Origin: Collodictyon triciliatum
Lineage: Eukaryota
Direction of reading: 5' to 3'
Length of the DNA stretch: 41,130 bases
NCBI GenBank assembly: GCA_043381765.1
Contig: JBHJMP010000862.1
Coordinates: 1-41,130 of the forward strand
Positions within the stretch are counted from its first letter, which is position 1. Each line of letters begins with the position of its first letter. Below, piece by piece: positions 1-17,705 of this stretch. The notes beneath the pieces are model-generated. The model made no database searches, was not told where the DNA came from, and was given only the letters and a program-made list of their open reading frames with translations. Position numbers and translations under genes: made by a program.

Positions 1-3
1 TTT

Positions 4-34
<31 letters not shown>

Positions 35-40
35 CCCTTC

Positions 41-84
<44 letters not shown>
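1..84. repeat. Poly-T/pyrimidine tract
   Basis: Directly visible upstream of the LRR gene. Confidence 0.9.
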
Positions 85-87
<3 letters not shown>

Positions 88-299
88 CGTGGTTGTGATG
101 CTTTCCTCGATCCGAGCGATGATGGCTGGCCGCGTTCACAGCCCCCCTTTCATAGTGACAAACATACCAACATTTATCCGTCTTGAGAATAAGATATTGA
201 TGCACATTTTTTTTTTTTGGAATCTTCTTCGAGCTCGCCTGGGACTGGTTTGTGATCTGTTATTTTACATCAAACCTCTTGACATGAATAGCTCTGCAG

Positions 300-5428
<5,129 letters not shown>

Positions 5429-5922
5429 CTCGATTCTTGGAGTTTATTAAAGAAGCATATATTTATATAATACCCTCTCATCGAAACCAGCCGGCTGTTT
5501 GCTACCCTAACACCAAATCAAAAAGGAAAAGAAAAAAAGGATTGCGAAACAGGAGCAAACTCAAGTACAATTGCGGAATATAAATATACAATAATGATAC
5601 AATCACAAGAGAGTTATTTGACAATAATTAATCCAAAGAATAGATAACATTATAGTTTATGATGAATCATATACGAAGCACATTACTTACGAAATGAGAA
5701 TGAACCAATAAAGAAATGCAGTGAGAATTATTCGCGCACTGTTCGCAACCACAATGATCACAACAGAAATCAAACAGCGAAGCCGGCACAATAGAAAAAA
5801 AGAGGCCGAGGCCAGTGGGAGACAGACACAACCCACTTGGGACAGAACTAAAGCCTTCATGACTTCAAAAACAATACTCACGTCAGAAACCACACAAAAC
5901 CACGCAGATCCCTGGCTGAGGA

Positions 5923-8783
5923 ATGAATCCGAGCACACGGCGTAAGACTCTGGTTTTCTCACCCTGATTTTTTTCTCCTTTCTTTCTCTTTTGCGACCTT
6001 CAAAAACCTTGTCCCCGTGCAACCCTTGCAAAGACAAACTTTGCTGACCATCCCTTTCAACAAATAAGCGTCCCAGAAGCGCCAGGCAAACAAGCGGGTG
6101 TTTGGTGAGCTTCTCGGTGTTGTGCTGGAGAGGCAGCGTGCTGCTGGAGTCCGTCTCCCGATACCTGTGGTGATTCAAGACTGCGTCACGTATCTTGTGC
6201 GAGAAGGTTCTATCTTAACCTCTATTTCTATTTCTATTTCTATTTCTATCTCTATTTCTATTTCTATTTCTATTTCTATTTCTATTTCTATTTCTATTTC
6301 TATCTCTATTTCTATTTCTATTTCTATTTCTATTTCTATTTCTATTTCTATTTCTATTTCTATTTCTATTTCTATTTCTATTTCTATTTCTATTTTTTTC
6401 CAACGTTAAAATAGGTGTTCCATCTGCTAAAAGGAACGAACCCTTTTACATCTGCACATAATACTCTTGCAAAAATTTACTGCTCTTACTTGCCCTATGT
6501 CTGATTATGTCATACTTTATTTTACTCTTCTTTTTTTTTTCGGCCGCTTTTTTAACGTTCACTGTTTTTGCCTACTTAGCTCTTAAGGTCGAGGGAATTT
6601 TTCGTATTCCGGGAGCAAAGACCGAAGTTGCCTCTCTGATAATGAGATATAATGCAGGTAAGCCTTTTATTTCCTTTATCCGTTCGTTGGGTTCTATTCT
6701 GCTCATAAATAATCCTCCATCACGCTTCTGCTAGCTCAAGGTGGAAATCATATTTCGGGAAGCAAATTCAACTACATTAGAAATAGCACTCTCACATCCA
6801 CTAATCACAATAGGAGAGAACGTAGATTTGTCATCGGTATCTGATCCTCATGTAGTGGCTTCTCTTTTCAAGCAGTATCTGCGTGACTTACCTGAATCCC
6901 TTATCCCTATCAGCTCTCTACAGCGATTCGAGAATTGGGAAAGAGGTCACTAGGCCACATGTTTACATACTTGTTATGTCTTATCTTTTTATTATTTGTG
7001 TTATGATATTTCCTCGTTTTCTATTTTTATCATCGAAACGACTCGATATATCATACCAAATATAAACCGGAATGATAATTTTTTTATACCATAATATGTA
7101 TTGCTGGATGTAGAGCCATCACAAGATCTTTTTGAGCTCCGACGAATCCTTTTCAAGATTCCTGAAAATAATCGCAAGTTATTGGAATGCGTTGTTACAT
7201 TATTGCTATTTATTTCAAAGCATTCAGAGGAAAATCGCATGACTGTCGCAAACTTGGTATGAGCTCATTACCCCTAGAAGCTTTTTTATAGGAGATATTT
7301 ATTTCGAAGTTTAGAAAAATAGCCTGCTTAGATGAAATATTCATCCAACTACACATTCGCTCGCTGAACAATCACTGTTCTTCATATTTTCAATTAAACT
7401 TTCTAACGTATTTTTTTTTTTTTGGATGCATTGACCAAGGCGGTAGTAATTGCGCCGAATCTTGTCCGGTCAAAGTCAGGTTCGGTGACAGTAGACACCT
7501 ACAACCTCCCAGCTAGACTAATGGAGTAAGCTTTTACATTTTATACATCGTTTTAAATGTTTATGAGATGTTGATTTCAGATAGACTTGTACCCTGTCTG
7601 TGGACTCCGGACAAGGGTATAATGATAAAAAGTGGTGCATTTCTATACCGATTATAATTTGGAATACCCTCTTAGGATTCTGATAAGAAACTACGGTATA
7701 TTCACGGTTCAGGAGTCTGAATGGGCCAAGCTCCATCTGAAAAAGACAAATTCCTCAGAGTCCACCCCGAACCAAGGATCCGGCGCTCTGTCTGAGAAAT
7801 CTGGTGGATCAGTTAGCGGGACCCCTAGAGAGATTCCCTTCATTACAGGCAGTATACTTTTTTTTTCATACGCAAACCTAGCACCCATTTCTTATCTTTT
7901 CTATAATATGCCTAGATTTTCTTTTCCCAAAAATAATCTCAGATAACATACAATTTTGGGTGCATATGGATATATGGATATACGGATTTTTTCAACCAAA
8001 AGTCTATGAATAAAGCAAATCTTTTCATGTATACCCCTATTATTTTCACAACAGAGAGCCGTCACCCGAACGATCTAATGCTGGCTAGTGTCCGTTCATT
8101 GCTTGGAGTGAGTTGATACATACTCATTTCAAGTCATGTCAAAATCTCTATTTCTCGGATGTAATTTTATACAGACACTTTTCATTTTGCTGAGAGTTTT
8201 GATAACATTCCAGTTTCTTGAGGGAGAAATGCAAGTGTGCGCAAAGAAAGTTGCAGAGGTCCCCCAAGGAGCTGAGTATGACCCTCCTTACCAAAAACTA
8301 TGTCCCTGAAATGTGTTTCTTTAGATTAAAAAACCCACGAAGCAATCCCTTAAACAAGCTCCTCTAAATATTATATCAACATCATCTTGTTATTGGAGAA
8401 CATTTATTCTCTTATTTTTATATCCCTACTGTTCTAAAGGAAACCGGTGGACACTCAAAAGAGGCTTGAGGCTATTCAGACTCTAATTCTTCAGTATGAA
8501 ATGCTGACGGGAGCCTACGGTGATTTCTCGGATACAGGTAGTGACCGTGGCCCTTTATCAGAGAGATCCCGGTCCTCCTTGCATGATTACATGAGTGAGC
8601 ATGGAACTGAATATATGTCGTACAAACAAGATGACAACCATTCAATGACATCTCAAGGAACAATCAACCAGGTCTTCTGCCCACCATGATTTGTCACAAA
8701 TATTTCTTACACAAGATTTTCTACGAAACATGAAATAATAGTCGATAAAATAATAAAAAAAATATTACGATAAACAACAACTA

Positions 8784-8828
<45 letters not shown>

Positions 8829-11800
8829 TAAACAATAACTAAAAAAAAANNNNNNNNNNAAAAGTAAAAGTAAAAGTAAAAGTAAAAGTAAAAGTAAAAG
8901 TAAAAGTAAAAGTAAAAGTAAAAGTAAAAGTAAAAGTAAAAGTAAAAGTAAAAGTAAAAGATGATCGACCGATGGCCCATTCAATAATTTATTTTCCTAT
9001 TGTTAGGAAGAATTTGAAATTTTAAAAGACCTTGTTGAAAGTCAAAAGCGTGACATTGAGACATACGACGAAAAACTTCGCGAGATAAATCTGCACATGC
9101 TGAAGAAGGAGCAAGAGTATAATGAATCACTTCGAGAACATGAAGTACTCCGTGTTACCAACAATCGAAACATGGAGATTATCACAAGTCTTTCACAAGA
9201 CAAACTTACTCTGGAACACCATCTTATTGAGAAGAACAAAATAATTCAAACTTGGCTTGACGGAGCAGTTCAGGCCAGATTAGTGGAAGGGCACATTTCC
9301 GTCGAGAATATCTACTTTGATGAGGGAGACAGTTTCAATCATCAAGCACCTAATTCTTCTCGCCGTACAAATGCAAGCTTAATTCGAAATCGCATCGTAA
9401 ATGTAGCCGGAGAACTCAATCAAGCAAAATTGGATTCCTCCAAGCTTTTGACTCAAAACAAGGCTTTCCAAGATCAAATCCAAACGCTAAAGGCTCAGTT
9501 AGAATCAAAAACAAGCGAGGCCAGCAGACTAGAGGATTTAGTGTCTTCTAGTCAGAAAGGCTCAAATGAAAGCTCCACTGAAATAGAGAAATTGAGGGCA
9601 CTGCATCAGGAGAGGTCTGCCCAAATCGACAGATTAAAAACCATGATACTCGAAAAAGATAAAGAGATTGAGAAATGGAGCGACGCCCATTCACAAACGA
9701 ACGCCGAGTTGCTCAAGATGAAGGGAGCCTTGTCTTTAAAGGATAAAGAGATCAATATTTTACAAACTTCCATCAAAGCACAAAACGATGACACAGAGCG
9801 ACTAAGAGAGTCTATCACGGGACTGGAGACAGACCTGGAGCGGCGCACTACACAGTTGCGAGTGTCAAACGAAAAAATCATCAGTCTAACCAAAGAAAAA
9901 GAGGAATCTGCGAAAGTAGTTCTGGGTTTGCAGCAGTCCTTGAAAGGCATTCAATCACAGCTATCCGATTTCTCTCAGTACCGTTCTGAAACTGATGGCC
10001 TTAAACAGGAGCTGATTGAGGTGAGCGATGTCATGAAAGGTGTTATATCAACAATCGAAACTCACAACGCAAGAGGACAGCCACAACCCGTTCGCTCGCC
10101 CTTAAAAATGGCACGCCACATCGAGTCTCTTGTATTGGCTATGATTCGATACCTCAACGAGCAGGCTGATTTTCTCACATCAGTTTATGACGAGCTGGAT
10201 ATTGACCCGATGGAGGCCCATTCGACGTTGCTCCTTAAAGCTAGCGAACTGAAGAAGACCGACACAGCATATAAAGAACTGATGGTATCATCCCAATCGA
10301 CCACGGCTGAATACAAAGGTTACCTATCAAGTATTCGGGCTATCTTGGAGGAGTACGAGTCTATCCACGGATTCGCTTCCACCAGTGGAATTTCGTCGCA
10401 AAAATATGACCTTTCCATCTCCCACAATATATCGGCATCAGTGAAGAGCAAGCTTTACTTCTTGCATTCACAACTGAAAAACTCAGAGGGCATTATTAAA
10501 CAGAAAGACCAACAAATCGAGCAGCTGATGACTGTGTTGGACGCCACACGCTCAGAATACAAAAACCTTAGTCGTGCCAAGTCTCTTGATGCAGAAAAAC
10601 AAGGAGATATACAGAGTCGTCTCACCGTGACTCGCCAAAATTACATCCGTTTGTGTTCCTCCATCATCCAAACATTCAATTTATTGGTCAAGATCGAGAA
10701 GCCGAATGCTTCCACTATTCCTTTTGATATTGAAACACTCGACAAACGGGACATTCAAATATCCGAGGCATCTAGATATTGGAATGCAGTCCACCGATGC
10801 ATGGACTCATCATTTGAATTTGCAAAATTCAATGGCTCCATTCGAGATGAAGTGATTGATTGTATCAAGGCTGATAATGCCATCGAGGGAATTTGGAGAG
10901 AGAAAAACCTTCCCCGAGAGGCGCCTGGAACAGTATTTGGTTTTCATGAACAGTCCATAGATATCATACTAAACTTGCAAAAATATCTAAAGAAATACGA
11001 TGAATCAATTCACCAGCTTTACGCAGCCATGGGTCCCTTTCTTACACGAAGCACTTTGCCAACTGATGTAAATTCCTTCCAAAAACTTAATTTTGTGAAC
11101 GCTTTCATGGAGAAGCAGATGAAAAGGCTTCAAAAAATCGAGTCTGAAGCGATTCGTATTCAGAAATCCGAAGAAACCCTTCGTGCTCAGGTTACTGAGT
11201 ACGAAAACAAAGCAGCCGTCAACACAGAGCAAGAGAAAATCCGCACTAAGGAGCTGCAGGTCCAACTTGGAGATTTTAGGCGACTGGAAAGCGAAGTGGT
11301 GAGATTAAGAGGAGTTGAAAGCAAGCTCCTCGAAATGGAAGGAGTTCAGCATCTGTACACTCAATTGCAGGAAAATGAGAAGCACTTGTCAGAGAAGTAT
11401 CAGAGACTTGAGCAAGCCTTTTCAAGAATACAGGATAAAGAAAAGGCTCAATCTTCTCGTTGTAATGAACTGGAGTTGGAAGTTGTTCGTCTTCAACAGG
11501 CAGAGTCCAAACAGAGCCAGGTACAAATGTCCGAGGCAGAGAGAAAGCAATCTCTCAATCACGAGGCTGAAATTCAAAAGCTAGAGGCGACCATCAGACT
11601 TCTTACAACGAAAAGCGAGCAACTTGAACAAGAGAATACACAACTACGAAGATTAGAGTCCAAAGTGGCGAAGTTGAAAGAATATGAAACTGAAATCCGT
11701 CGATTGGAGAGTGTAGAAAAGGCCCTCGAGGAGAAATGTGGACATCTGGAACAAGAGAATATACAACTTCGAAGATTGGAGTCCAAAGTGGCGAAGTTGA

Positions 11801-12984
11801 AAGAATACGAAACTGAAATCCGTCGGCTGGAGGGTGCAGAGAAGGCCCTCGAGGCACAATACGAACAGTTGGAGAAAGATACGGCCCGTTTGCGAAGCAT
11901 GGAGCCGAAGATGCGAAAAATACCGGAGTATGAAGCCGAGATTCAGCGCCTGCGAAAAGCACAGACGGAGCCCCAAGAGGGAGATTTGGAGCGACTGCAG
12001 CAGCTGGAGCGAGAGCTCGGTCGAATCCAAAAGCTGGAATCAGATATCACCAAGTTACAGAAAGTGGAGGCTGAGTATCTGCGTCTGCAGACCCGATATC
12101 AGACTCTGGAGTGCGAGCGAGACATTCTCACACGTGAAAGCCAACAGTATCGCAAGGAGCGAGACATATACAAAAACTCGTATGAAACCCTGCAATCAGA
12201 CCACGCATCGACGCTGGACTCCATGGAGACCCTCCGTGTGAAGCTGAAGGAGGCCCACGCATTCGGAAGAAAAGAGAGCGAAGAGCGAACGAAACTGATA
12301 GAAGAACTGAACGAACTGCAGCAAAAGGACCAAACAAAGGCTGCCCTTCAGACGCCAGAGACCCACAACAGAGGCGACTCTGCCCGCCAAGTCGAGGCCC
12401 ACCGAGAACCCTTGTCCGCAGACGCCAATGCCTACCTCCAAGGCGCACACAGAACACTCGCAACATCCTCCAAATCACAGCAGGTGATTGCAACCATGGC
12501 TGGTGCAGCAGATACTCCAAACGCCCCAACCAACCTGACAAGGCACACCTCTTTCCAATCGTCAGGAAACCCATCATCCTCTGTGATGTACCCCAATGCA
12601 ACGGCAGTGAGTTCGTACTCGAGTGTCAACAAAGCGCAGCCGGGGACAAACATGAGTCTGCAGCGGACATTGTCTGCTGGCGAGGCCAAGTATGAGAGCA
12701 TGTATGGCAGCGTCAAACATGCGTCCTCAAGCGACTCGTACCGCTCAGCTGCATCCGTCTCTACAGACATCGCTGCGTCCAGTCAGCAGCAGCAACAACA
12801 ACAACAGCATCATCAGACGCAATACGCTGGGCATCCCGGCGCTCCTTCGGGCTATGGTGTGCCTCATCAGGTCGGCTTCGTGCATCCGGGGCAGCCTGGC
12901 ACGGCATATTGGCCCGGACAGCAGATACCTGGGAGGGTCAATACTGGAGGGACCAACCCGACGCTGTATTATCACAGGAGCTAG
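5923..12984 (+). CDS. RhoGAP domain protein with very long C-terminal coiled coil and low-complexity tail; 11 exons
   Basis: Exons 5923-5941, 6069-6206, 6580-6657, 6814-6945, 7114-7256, 7440-7525, 7676-~7851, 8055-8107, 8214-8275, 8440-8671, 9007-12984. RhoGAP motifs VFG...IPVVIQDCVTYL, VEGIFRIPG (arginine finger), DPHVVASLFKQYLRDLPESLIP, ENRMTVANLAVVIAPNLVR. The last exon is a 1.3k-codon E/K/L/Q-rich heptad ORF. Confidence 0.9.
6220..6396. repeat. (TCTATT)n microsatellite in RhoGAP intron 2
   Basis: Directly visible. Confidence 0.95.
8785..8960. repeat. Poly-A plus (AAAAGT)n microsatellite in RhoGAP intron 10 (with short N gap)
   Basis: Directly visible. Confidence 0.95.
11626..11960 (+). 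repeat. Coding tandem repeat, 123-nt (41 aa) unit; two near-identical copies plus a diverged third
   Basis: Units begin at 11626, 11749 and 11872: EQENTQLRRLESKVAKLKEYETEIRRLESVEKALE / EQENIQLRRLESKVAKLKEYETEIRRLEGAEKALE / EKDTARLRSMEPKMRKIPEYEAEIQRL. Confidence 0.9.
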
Positions 12985-13039
12985 GGCCATCAAAGAGTGC
13001 ATCGGTGGTTGGATGGAGAATCAAAGTATGCCTTTTATT

Positions 13040-13692
13040 NNNNNNNNNNNNNNNNNNNNNNNNNNNNNNNNNNNNNNNNNNNNNNNNNNNNNNNNNNNNN
13101 NNNNNNNNNNNNNNNNNNNNNNNNNNNNNNNNNNNNNNNNNNNNNNNNNNNNNNNNNNNNNNNNNNNNNNNNNNNNNNNNNNNNNNNNNNNNNNNNNNNN
13201 NNNNNNNNNNNNNNNNNNNNNNNNNNNNNNNNNNNNNNNNNNNNNNNNNNNNNNNNNNNNNNNNNNNNNNNNNNNNNNNNNNNNNNNNNNNNNNNNNNNN
13301 NNNNNNNNNNNNNNNNNNNNNNNNNNNNNNNNNNNNNNNNNNNNNNNNNNNNNNNNNNNNNNNNNNNNNNNNNNNNNNNNNNNNNNNNNNNNNNNNNNNN
13401 NNNNNNNNNNNNNNNNNNNNNNNNNNNNNNNNNNNNNNNNNNNNNNNNNNNNNNNNNNNNNNNNNNNNNNNNNNNNNNNNNNNNNNNNNNNNNNNNNNNN
13501 NNNNNNNNNNNNNNNNNNNNNNNNNNNNNNNNNNNNNNNNNNNNNNNNNNNNNNNNNNNNNNNNNNNNNNNNNNNNNNNNNNNNNNNNNNNNNNNNNNNN
13601 NNNNNNNNNNNNNNNNNNNNNNNNNNNNNNNNNNNNNNNNNNNNNNNNNNNNNNNNNNNNNNNNNNNNNNNNNNNNNNNNNNNNNNNNNNNN
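13040..13692. other. Assembly gap (N run)
   Basis: Run of N. Confidence 1.
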
Positions 13693-14268
13693 AAATCACG
13701 CAATCACATCAGCGAGGCAGTTTCGTGGGTATTTCCCTACATCGGTCGCGTCAAAGTTTCATGCAGGATTTATTCGGGGATGTGGGATTAAATCGACAGG
13801 CTGCACGAAAGAACCCCCCAGGCTCCAGCCGCACAGGCACAGCATTCCCCACAAAACCACTCTTTTGTGATGCTCCAACGCGTGATTATGGAAAGATAAG
13901 CAACTGCCCAGTGACATTCGTATGGTTATCCGTCTATATGTGTTTCCAGTTGCGCGTCACCCATAACACGCATAAAAAAAAAAAAAAAAAAGTAGATATG
14001 GTTGACACCTTAATTGAATGCCACGGCAAGGATACGCCAAAAAAAAAAAGAAAGCATGACAATTTGGTAACATAAGCTCAGAAAAGCGCGGCATCGCGAA
14101 GCTCACCTCCTTTGACGTGCGCAGGCTTTGCTAACTAAAAACATTCCATGCAGGCTGTTACGCTCGGATCACACGAGAACTATACATAAAGGAAAAAGAA
14201 AAAACAACTACCCGCTGCAAAGCTTCCTCGTTCTTGGCTTGTGCGCGCGGCGTTCGCAAGTCGAGCTT

Positions 14269-16512
14269 ATGGGTATGGACTATGCTGCAAAGTTTGAACT
14301 CTTTCGCATTTGCTACGGGACCTTTGTGCTTTTTGTCCTGGCTGCGCAAACGCGACGAATCATGCTTCTGATTCGCAAAATCCCTCAACATTTGAGTCCC
14401 CAGTTTTCTGTGCCTCTTTTGTCGCAAACGTCAGCACAGTAGGTTTCCTTCTTTTCTTCTCTGATATTCTTTTCGCTAATTTTCTTCATTTTCTTCATCT
14501 CCATCATCTTCATCTTCATTCATCTTTTAGATTTATTTCCGAAGGTAAATATATATTCTCTTNNNNNNATTACTATTACTATTACTATTACTATTACTAT
14601 TACTATTACTATTACTATTACTATTACTATTACTATTACTATTACTATTACTATTACTATTACTATTACTAATATACTTATAAAGTTTTACATTTTCCTG
14701 CAGATATAAAATGTCTGTGATTTTCATTCTCTTATTTCTTTCTTCAAAGCAACGATGAGCCTTGGATTGGGGCGGGTCGAAACATCTACAGGCATTTTCT
14801 TCCCAAAGACTATCGACTGGCCATCCCTTCTCTAGTTATTCTGTTCCACATAGGTATGGAATCAGGAAGTGCCGATTGATAATGTGATTTCCCTACCAAT
14901 ATGGTGTAATAAACATATGTAGCCATCAAAACTAGGATAATTGAAGATGTATTCATTCTAACGAAATAAACAAATCAATTAAAAATAAAATAAACAAATA
15001 AACAAATAAACGGTATAATACTATTAGTTCTGGTGGTTCATGCCATATGCAATCTGACCCTCAACTTCCGTTGCCTACCCAGCGAGGCAGAAGATGATTA
15101 CTGCATCCAAAGCGATGCGAGCATCCGATTCGGTCAAGTCTTCCTCATCGTGTGCTTATTCCTCATCAAGTTTTCAATTCTAATCCACCAGGTGGACATG
15201 TGGTATGTCCCAAGGAATACGAGCCTTTTATAATGCCATTATGGAGATTGGGTCGAATTATTTGATGATGATAGTACCGCCTGTCAGCTCGCCCAGGACT
15301 CTTACTTTCGCCACATAGTGGAGGTATTGCGGCCAATTTGTTTTCCCTCTAACATAAAACTTTTTCTTTATCACAGGACGAAAATAATTGAAACTGCAGA
15401 AGCTGTCGCCCCAAACATCAACTTTTCTCACACTCTGCGCAAAATAATTACCTCATTGGGGATCATCGAACTTGTTACAATCCCATTATGCATATTCTTT
15501 ATTTCTTACCATACAACTATTGGGAATGAAAAAAGCTATAAGGTGAATGGTCAATAAGATGTACCTTTTTGGATTGCTATAAAGAACGTTTTTCCAATTT
15601 TCTTAATTCTGTTACGAAATAAATTATTTGATGTCATTTATTATCTATGCGTTAAATATTTTCTTTTTTTCATCATTTTTTCTCTCACTCGTGTGATTTC
15701 GTGCAGTTGACAGATAATATCCTAACGGGCTTGAGGATATCATCATTCGTATTCCTCTCGATTGATCTGTTCATCCTTTTCGGACACAGACAGGCACTGG
15801 CTTACGTTCCGCCTAAATACCCTCAATGCATCGCAATTATCAAGAAAGTATGTGTCCAACATTCAGGATGAAGATATGCATCCATTGTTATATACATATT
15901 TCCGAATTTCGAAGATATTTTCCGTTTGCCCCATGATTGAATTTACTTAAAATTACTGTATTTCGATTGTTGACTTTACTAACCACCCTCTATGACAAAA
16001 TGAATGCATATCTGATATGCCACCACAGTTTATGTTTTTTATGCAGCAAAGAGTGGTGATTTTTATTCTACAAATGATTGCCTTCGTATTCATGCCATTC
16101 GTCCCGAAATCAAACGAGTTTTCCTCGACATTCATGTACCCCAAGGTACAGTATGCGCAAATATGCATTTATTTATTTTTTTCTCACTGGTTTTCATTTT
16201 TCTTCAAAGTGCACAACCCCAAAAATTTCTTTTTTTTTTTTACAAAATGCAATTTCTTCTTGAAAACAGGAAGGAGTGATATGGGTGTATTATTCACAGA
16301 ATGTGCTGCAAGGAATAACTAATATATTCCTGCTATATATATTGAATCAAAAGTTTGTTCCATTTACATTTTATCTTATTTTCCCTTATTAAAAAAGTAG
16401 TATATCCTTGATTGTAGCAAAAAACCTTTTTGAAAGGCTTTCGAGCAGTAGAATAATTTTAATGCATCATAGATATGTCTTTGCCACAAACTCCACTGCA
16501 TCTGCTTATTAA
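14269..16512 (+). CDS. Orphan seven-transmembrane protein (about 300 aa; possibly THH1/TOM1/GPR137-like); 8 exons, last exon tentative
   Basis: Exons 14269-14438, 14750-14853, 15028-15202, 15377-15542, 15707-15847, 16047-16145, 16270-16352, 16473-16512, all phase-consistent. Seven hydrophobic segments: ICYGTFVLFVLA, AIPSLVILFHIVLVVHAI, QVFLIVCLFLIKFSILI, LGIIELVTIPLCIFFI, ISSFVFLSIDLFILF, VVIFILQMIAFVFMPFV, VLQGITNIFLLYIL. Confidence 0.75.
14569..14670. repeat. (ATTACT)n microsatellite in 7TM gene intron 1
   Basis: Directly visible. Confidence 0.95.
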
Positions 16513-17705
16513 AGAATCGGACGTCATATAACTGGGTAGCAGACGAATATATAGCTCTGTTTCATTTTCGACGTGCTTTACCTTCTATTTTCCTATCCTT
16601 TCATGTGGCCGTGCAAATAAAATAGCACCAATCACTTTTCATATTGTATGTGTGTGATGCCGGTGGGATGAGTTTTATAAATATGTATGCAGCACAAGTC
16701 TGATAATTTTAATGCAACACGACCCCAGATTTTCACTAAATCAGTCTTTCATGGTGCATTTTGATGTATTGTAAGTGTGAATGCCAATCTGTTTGGTTAC
16801 CAGATATATTTAAGTCGAAGAATTTGGATCAAAGTACGCAAGGGATCTCCCTTATGTCATGCGGATGGATATGGTAGACACCAGTGTCAGTGCAGCCTAA
16901 CAATTGAACTCTATGCGCGCTTCACATAATCGCTCCGAACAACGTAATTGATGACCAGATAAAAAAAATTAACTATTACATGTAGAGGAATTGTAATATA
17001 CGATGAGCCCATTTGAATGATGAAAGTACATCATAGGGAGGCTCAGCAGCACCCTATTTAATATGAACGTGATTTCATCCACCAAGAAAGACTGGGTGAG
17101 ATATGTAGTGGGACAGAAATATCTAGGTTTTAATCAACGCTCAGGCAGCCCGTTTGCAAATGTCTGAATCGTTGGCGTACATGACAGACGCTTTATCCAC
17201 ATAAAATTGGATTGATTTTGAATGTGTGTGCACCTATTTCATTTCGTCGTGTAAGTGGAGATACTGCACAGTGGACATATATTTGAATAGGCTTTTAAAG
17301 CTTCGCCTCTCGTTGCTGCTGGTGTTGGCTGAGGATAATCGTAAAACCTTCAATAGATATCGTTATGGTACGAATTCTAAGGCGTATCTGATGCTTGATG
17401 ATAGACGGTACCCTGTGTAAGAAACTTGCTTGTTTGTTGTTTATACAATAATTTGCGTTTTGATGGGAATGTGCTTACCAATCACCTAGGTTGCTCAAAT
17501 TCTTGATTTTCCGCTGCCAGTGGGGTTTGGGCCGTTTCATATCATACCCAACCCTTGCTACCCATACAGCCAATCAACCAGTCGGATTGCCCGCATGACC
17601 AACTTTTATCACTGTGGGGAAATAGGGACATGAATAAACAGAGTTAGGTGAATGCATCATCACCTTCAAAGGTAACAAAGAATAAAAGAAGCAGAAAATG
17701 GTTCG

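Noticed and set aside
7845-7856. Possible GC-AG intron donor (ACAG/GCAGTA) in the RhoGAP gene
   Set aside because: A canonical GT donor 3 nt downstream gives the same phase, so a non-canonical site is not needed.
9606-13002. Multiple antisense and alternate-frame ORFs over the RhoGAP last exon (also over the OSBP and SETD9 exons)
   Set aside because: Shadow ORFs expected from coiled-coil and GC-rich codon usage; no motifs.
12692-14075. Long ORFs crossing 13040-13692 (and likewise 39949-40763)
   Set aside because: They are inflated by N runs. Only the 40502-40750 part looks like a real OSBP exon.
13693-14130. Possible small gene or ncRNA next to the gap
   Set aside because: No recognisable protein motif, consistent splice pattern or tRNA/snRNA/snoRNA signature; most likely promoter or intergenic sequence.
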